In this document: in pieces, positions 22,401 to 25,400 of the stretch
Position numbering within the stretch: the stretch's first letter is position 1
Layout of the letters: each line of letters starts with the position of its first letter
NCBI GenBank assembly: GCA_964492865.1
Contig: CAZBLX010000001.1
Location: 1 to 27,730, forward strand
Direction of reading: 5' to 3'
Origin: an uncultured Planctomycetia bacterium
GTDB lineage: Bacteria > Omnitrophota > Gorgyraeia > Duberdicusellales > 4484-171
DNA length: 27,730 nucleotides
Position numbers and translations under genes: made by a program
Notes under the pieces: model-generated
What the model saw: the letters and a program-made list of their open reading frames with translations, nothing else
Told to the model about the DNA's origin: nothing
The model's database searches: none

Positions 22401-25400
22401 TCCTTTTACTTTTATCTTTCTTAATTTAGCAAATTCTTTCTCTGCCAAGTTCCTGTTCAAAAATCCTTGAGGAAATTTCTTCCCTAAAAGTTTTAATGCT
22501 TCACGATATGGAGAAAATGTATGCCATAAATCCTCTTCTTTCTCTACTTTGGAAAGCAATTCTTCTTTTATTTTGGGGGGAATTTTACGTTGTCTTATTA
22601 AACGTTTCGCCTTATTATAATTATGCTCCTGGCACAATTTTCTTACTATTTTTTTGACCTCTTCTATTCTTAAATTCTGCAAAATCTCATCAAATAATTG
22701 AGGAAACTTTTTACGATACAAAGCTATAAATTTCTCCACCTCTTCTATCCTGCCCTGAGAAAGCAAAGCATAACATTTCTTTCTTATCTCATCCCTGCTT
22801 TCTTCTTGTCTCTTTCTAACCAGAGAAGTTTTTTCCCTAATAATAGATTTTCTCCTTGCCGAAAGATTATCTTTTTTCTTTATAACTTTTCTTGAAAGCA
22901 ATACTTTTCTTTTTTCTTCCCTTCTCTCTTTTACTTCTACTCCTTTTATCCCTCTTCGATATTTCTCAATTAATTCTTGTAACTCTTGGTTTCTTTTTAT
23001 CATCCCTCTAAGTTTACTTCTTCCTAAACCTAACAAATTAGCCGCTGCAGAAATATTGCCTCCTGTCTCCTCCAAAGCTTTTTTAACCCTTAAGTATAAC
23101 TCCTCTAAAGGAGGATATTTTCCTTTCTTTATCGCTAAAATTATCTCTTCCGCCTGCTTTGTCAGTATATATCCTTCCTTTTTATCTTTCTTTCTCAAAA
23201 ATCCTTTCTCCTCTAATTTTTTCAAATATTGAAAAATCAAATTCTCTCCTTTTCCTAAAAGCTGGGCTATACTGTCTTCGGCAACTCCCATATAATAAAG
23301 AATAAGTATCTTTAAAGCTAAAGAAGATAATTTTCTAAAACCAGCCTCTTCCAACTTCCTACAACCTTCCCATAAAGAATTTAATTCTTTAACAAATTCC
23401 TCCCAATATTTAAACCGTTTTCTTCTTAACCTAATCTCTTTATCATCTATCTTCATCCAATAAGTTACCCCTAAATCCCATGCTTTCTTTAAAGTAAGGG
23501 TACCATCATAAAGAGAGTTGATGAACTCCTCTCCTCTTTTTGTCAAGATTAACTTATTATTCCTTAATTCTATCAATCCCAATTTCTTCATTCTATGAGT
23601 ATGAGTTGTGGAACCAGGAGAGATTAAATCTCTTAAAGGAATACCTCTACTTTTTGCCCATAAAAACTTTACATCATTTTCGGTAACAAGAAGCTTTTCT
23701 TCCCACTTTTTAAATTTAGAAATTAGCCTTTTTGCATCTTCCTGAAAAGTTCTTCCTCTTCCTGTCAAAACAGAAATTAAATCCTCTACACTGGCTTGAT
23801 TTCTTAATACTTTTTCTAAAACTATCTCTAATTCTTCATTCAAATAATAATCGCCAAATTTTTCCTTCTGGAAAATTAGCCCTCTATTTAAAAGTTTTAA
23901 AAAGCGCTTCTCCACTATTTTCTTTCCTGATTTCTGGGTATATATACCAGTTATATCTGTAACTAAGGATGGTTTTCTTTTTCCTTTTTCTATACAGATA
24001 AGAATAGCTAAATCTTTCTCATCAAACTCCCTAGGTAACTTTGAAGAAAGTCCTTTCAATATTTTAATTTCCTTCTCCCTCAATCCTAATCCTAATCTTA
24101 GATTCTTCCAGCTGAATCCAATAAAACGAGGAGGAAGTCTCAAGCTTACCAATAATTCATTCACTTCCCATTTACTTTTAAGATAATTTTCTAAAATTCT
24201 TCTGACTGACTCCTTTAAAATGAATCTATCCTCCTTCTGAATAAGAAAATCAGTGTTTTTATCTATTTTTTCTAAAGCATCTTTTATTTCCCAACCAGCC
24301 AACTTTCCTTTCAGTAAATCTTTAAGCTCATCAAAACTTAAATTACCTTTTTCTGCTAAAGTAAGTAATACTAAGAAATCATTTTTGGTTAACAACATTC
24401 CTTTATAAAAAGGAAATCTTTCTATCTTTGCTATCTGCTCCTTTTTCCCTCCATCCTGAGTAATTATCTCTTTTGTTAAATCCTGCATAATTGCCTTTGC
24501 TACTTTCTGATTTATCCAAGGCTGACCTGTGGTAAAAATGGCTATCAAATCAGAAGTATTTAAAATTCGAAGAGTATATGGTTTAAGCTCCTCATAATTT
24601 CTCCATACATCTTTAAAAGAAAGCTTTCCTCCTCTATCTTTCTGGGTAAAAACATCTAAATCTAAGGAGGCTGCTTTGGGCAAATATTGACAAACCTTTA
24701 TTTCCTCTTTTAAACTAACTACTTTTTCAAAAGAAGCAGTTTCAAATCTTACTATCTCTTCAAATTCCTTCTGAAGCATCTTCAGTTTTTCAAATTTAAC
24801 AGGAGAAGTTATCCAGAAAATAGAAGAAGAAAAATAAAAAGAAGTCGCAGAAAGAAATTCTCCTACTCCATAACTAAGCAAATGTCTGATTTTTTCTTCT
24901 TTATTTTTTAACCAGAAATTAGATAAATACTTTACTGAAGGAAAAACCCAATCAGAATGCTGGTCTATATGGAAAAGAATGAAATCTTTTATCTCTTCCT
25001 CTAAAAGAAATACATTCAAAAGATTATGAACATCTGCCAAAAATACCTTTTTATCTCCCAACTCTATCAAAATATATCTGTCTTTACCTAATCTATAGTA
25101 ATTCTTTCCTACTTTTATCCTAAAAACTTTTTCTCCTAACTCTAAATTCTTTAAATCCTTATCTAAAAGAGGAAGTTTTCTTTGTTGAATAATCACCCTT
25201 CCTCCGTCTTTCTCTTTTATCTTTTGCTCAAGCAGTTTAAGTGCTTCTTGATAAACTTTTTTATTTATGTTCTCCTCTTTAAAACTTCTCCACAACTTAT
25301 ATCTTACCTCCTCCTCACCTAATATAAGAAAGGCTTTAGTTAAAAATTTAACTGGTTTGCTATAATCAGGAGAGGTATGCTGCATCTTTAATCTTTTCAC

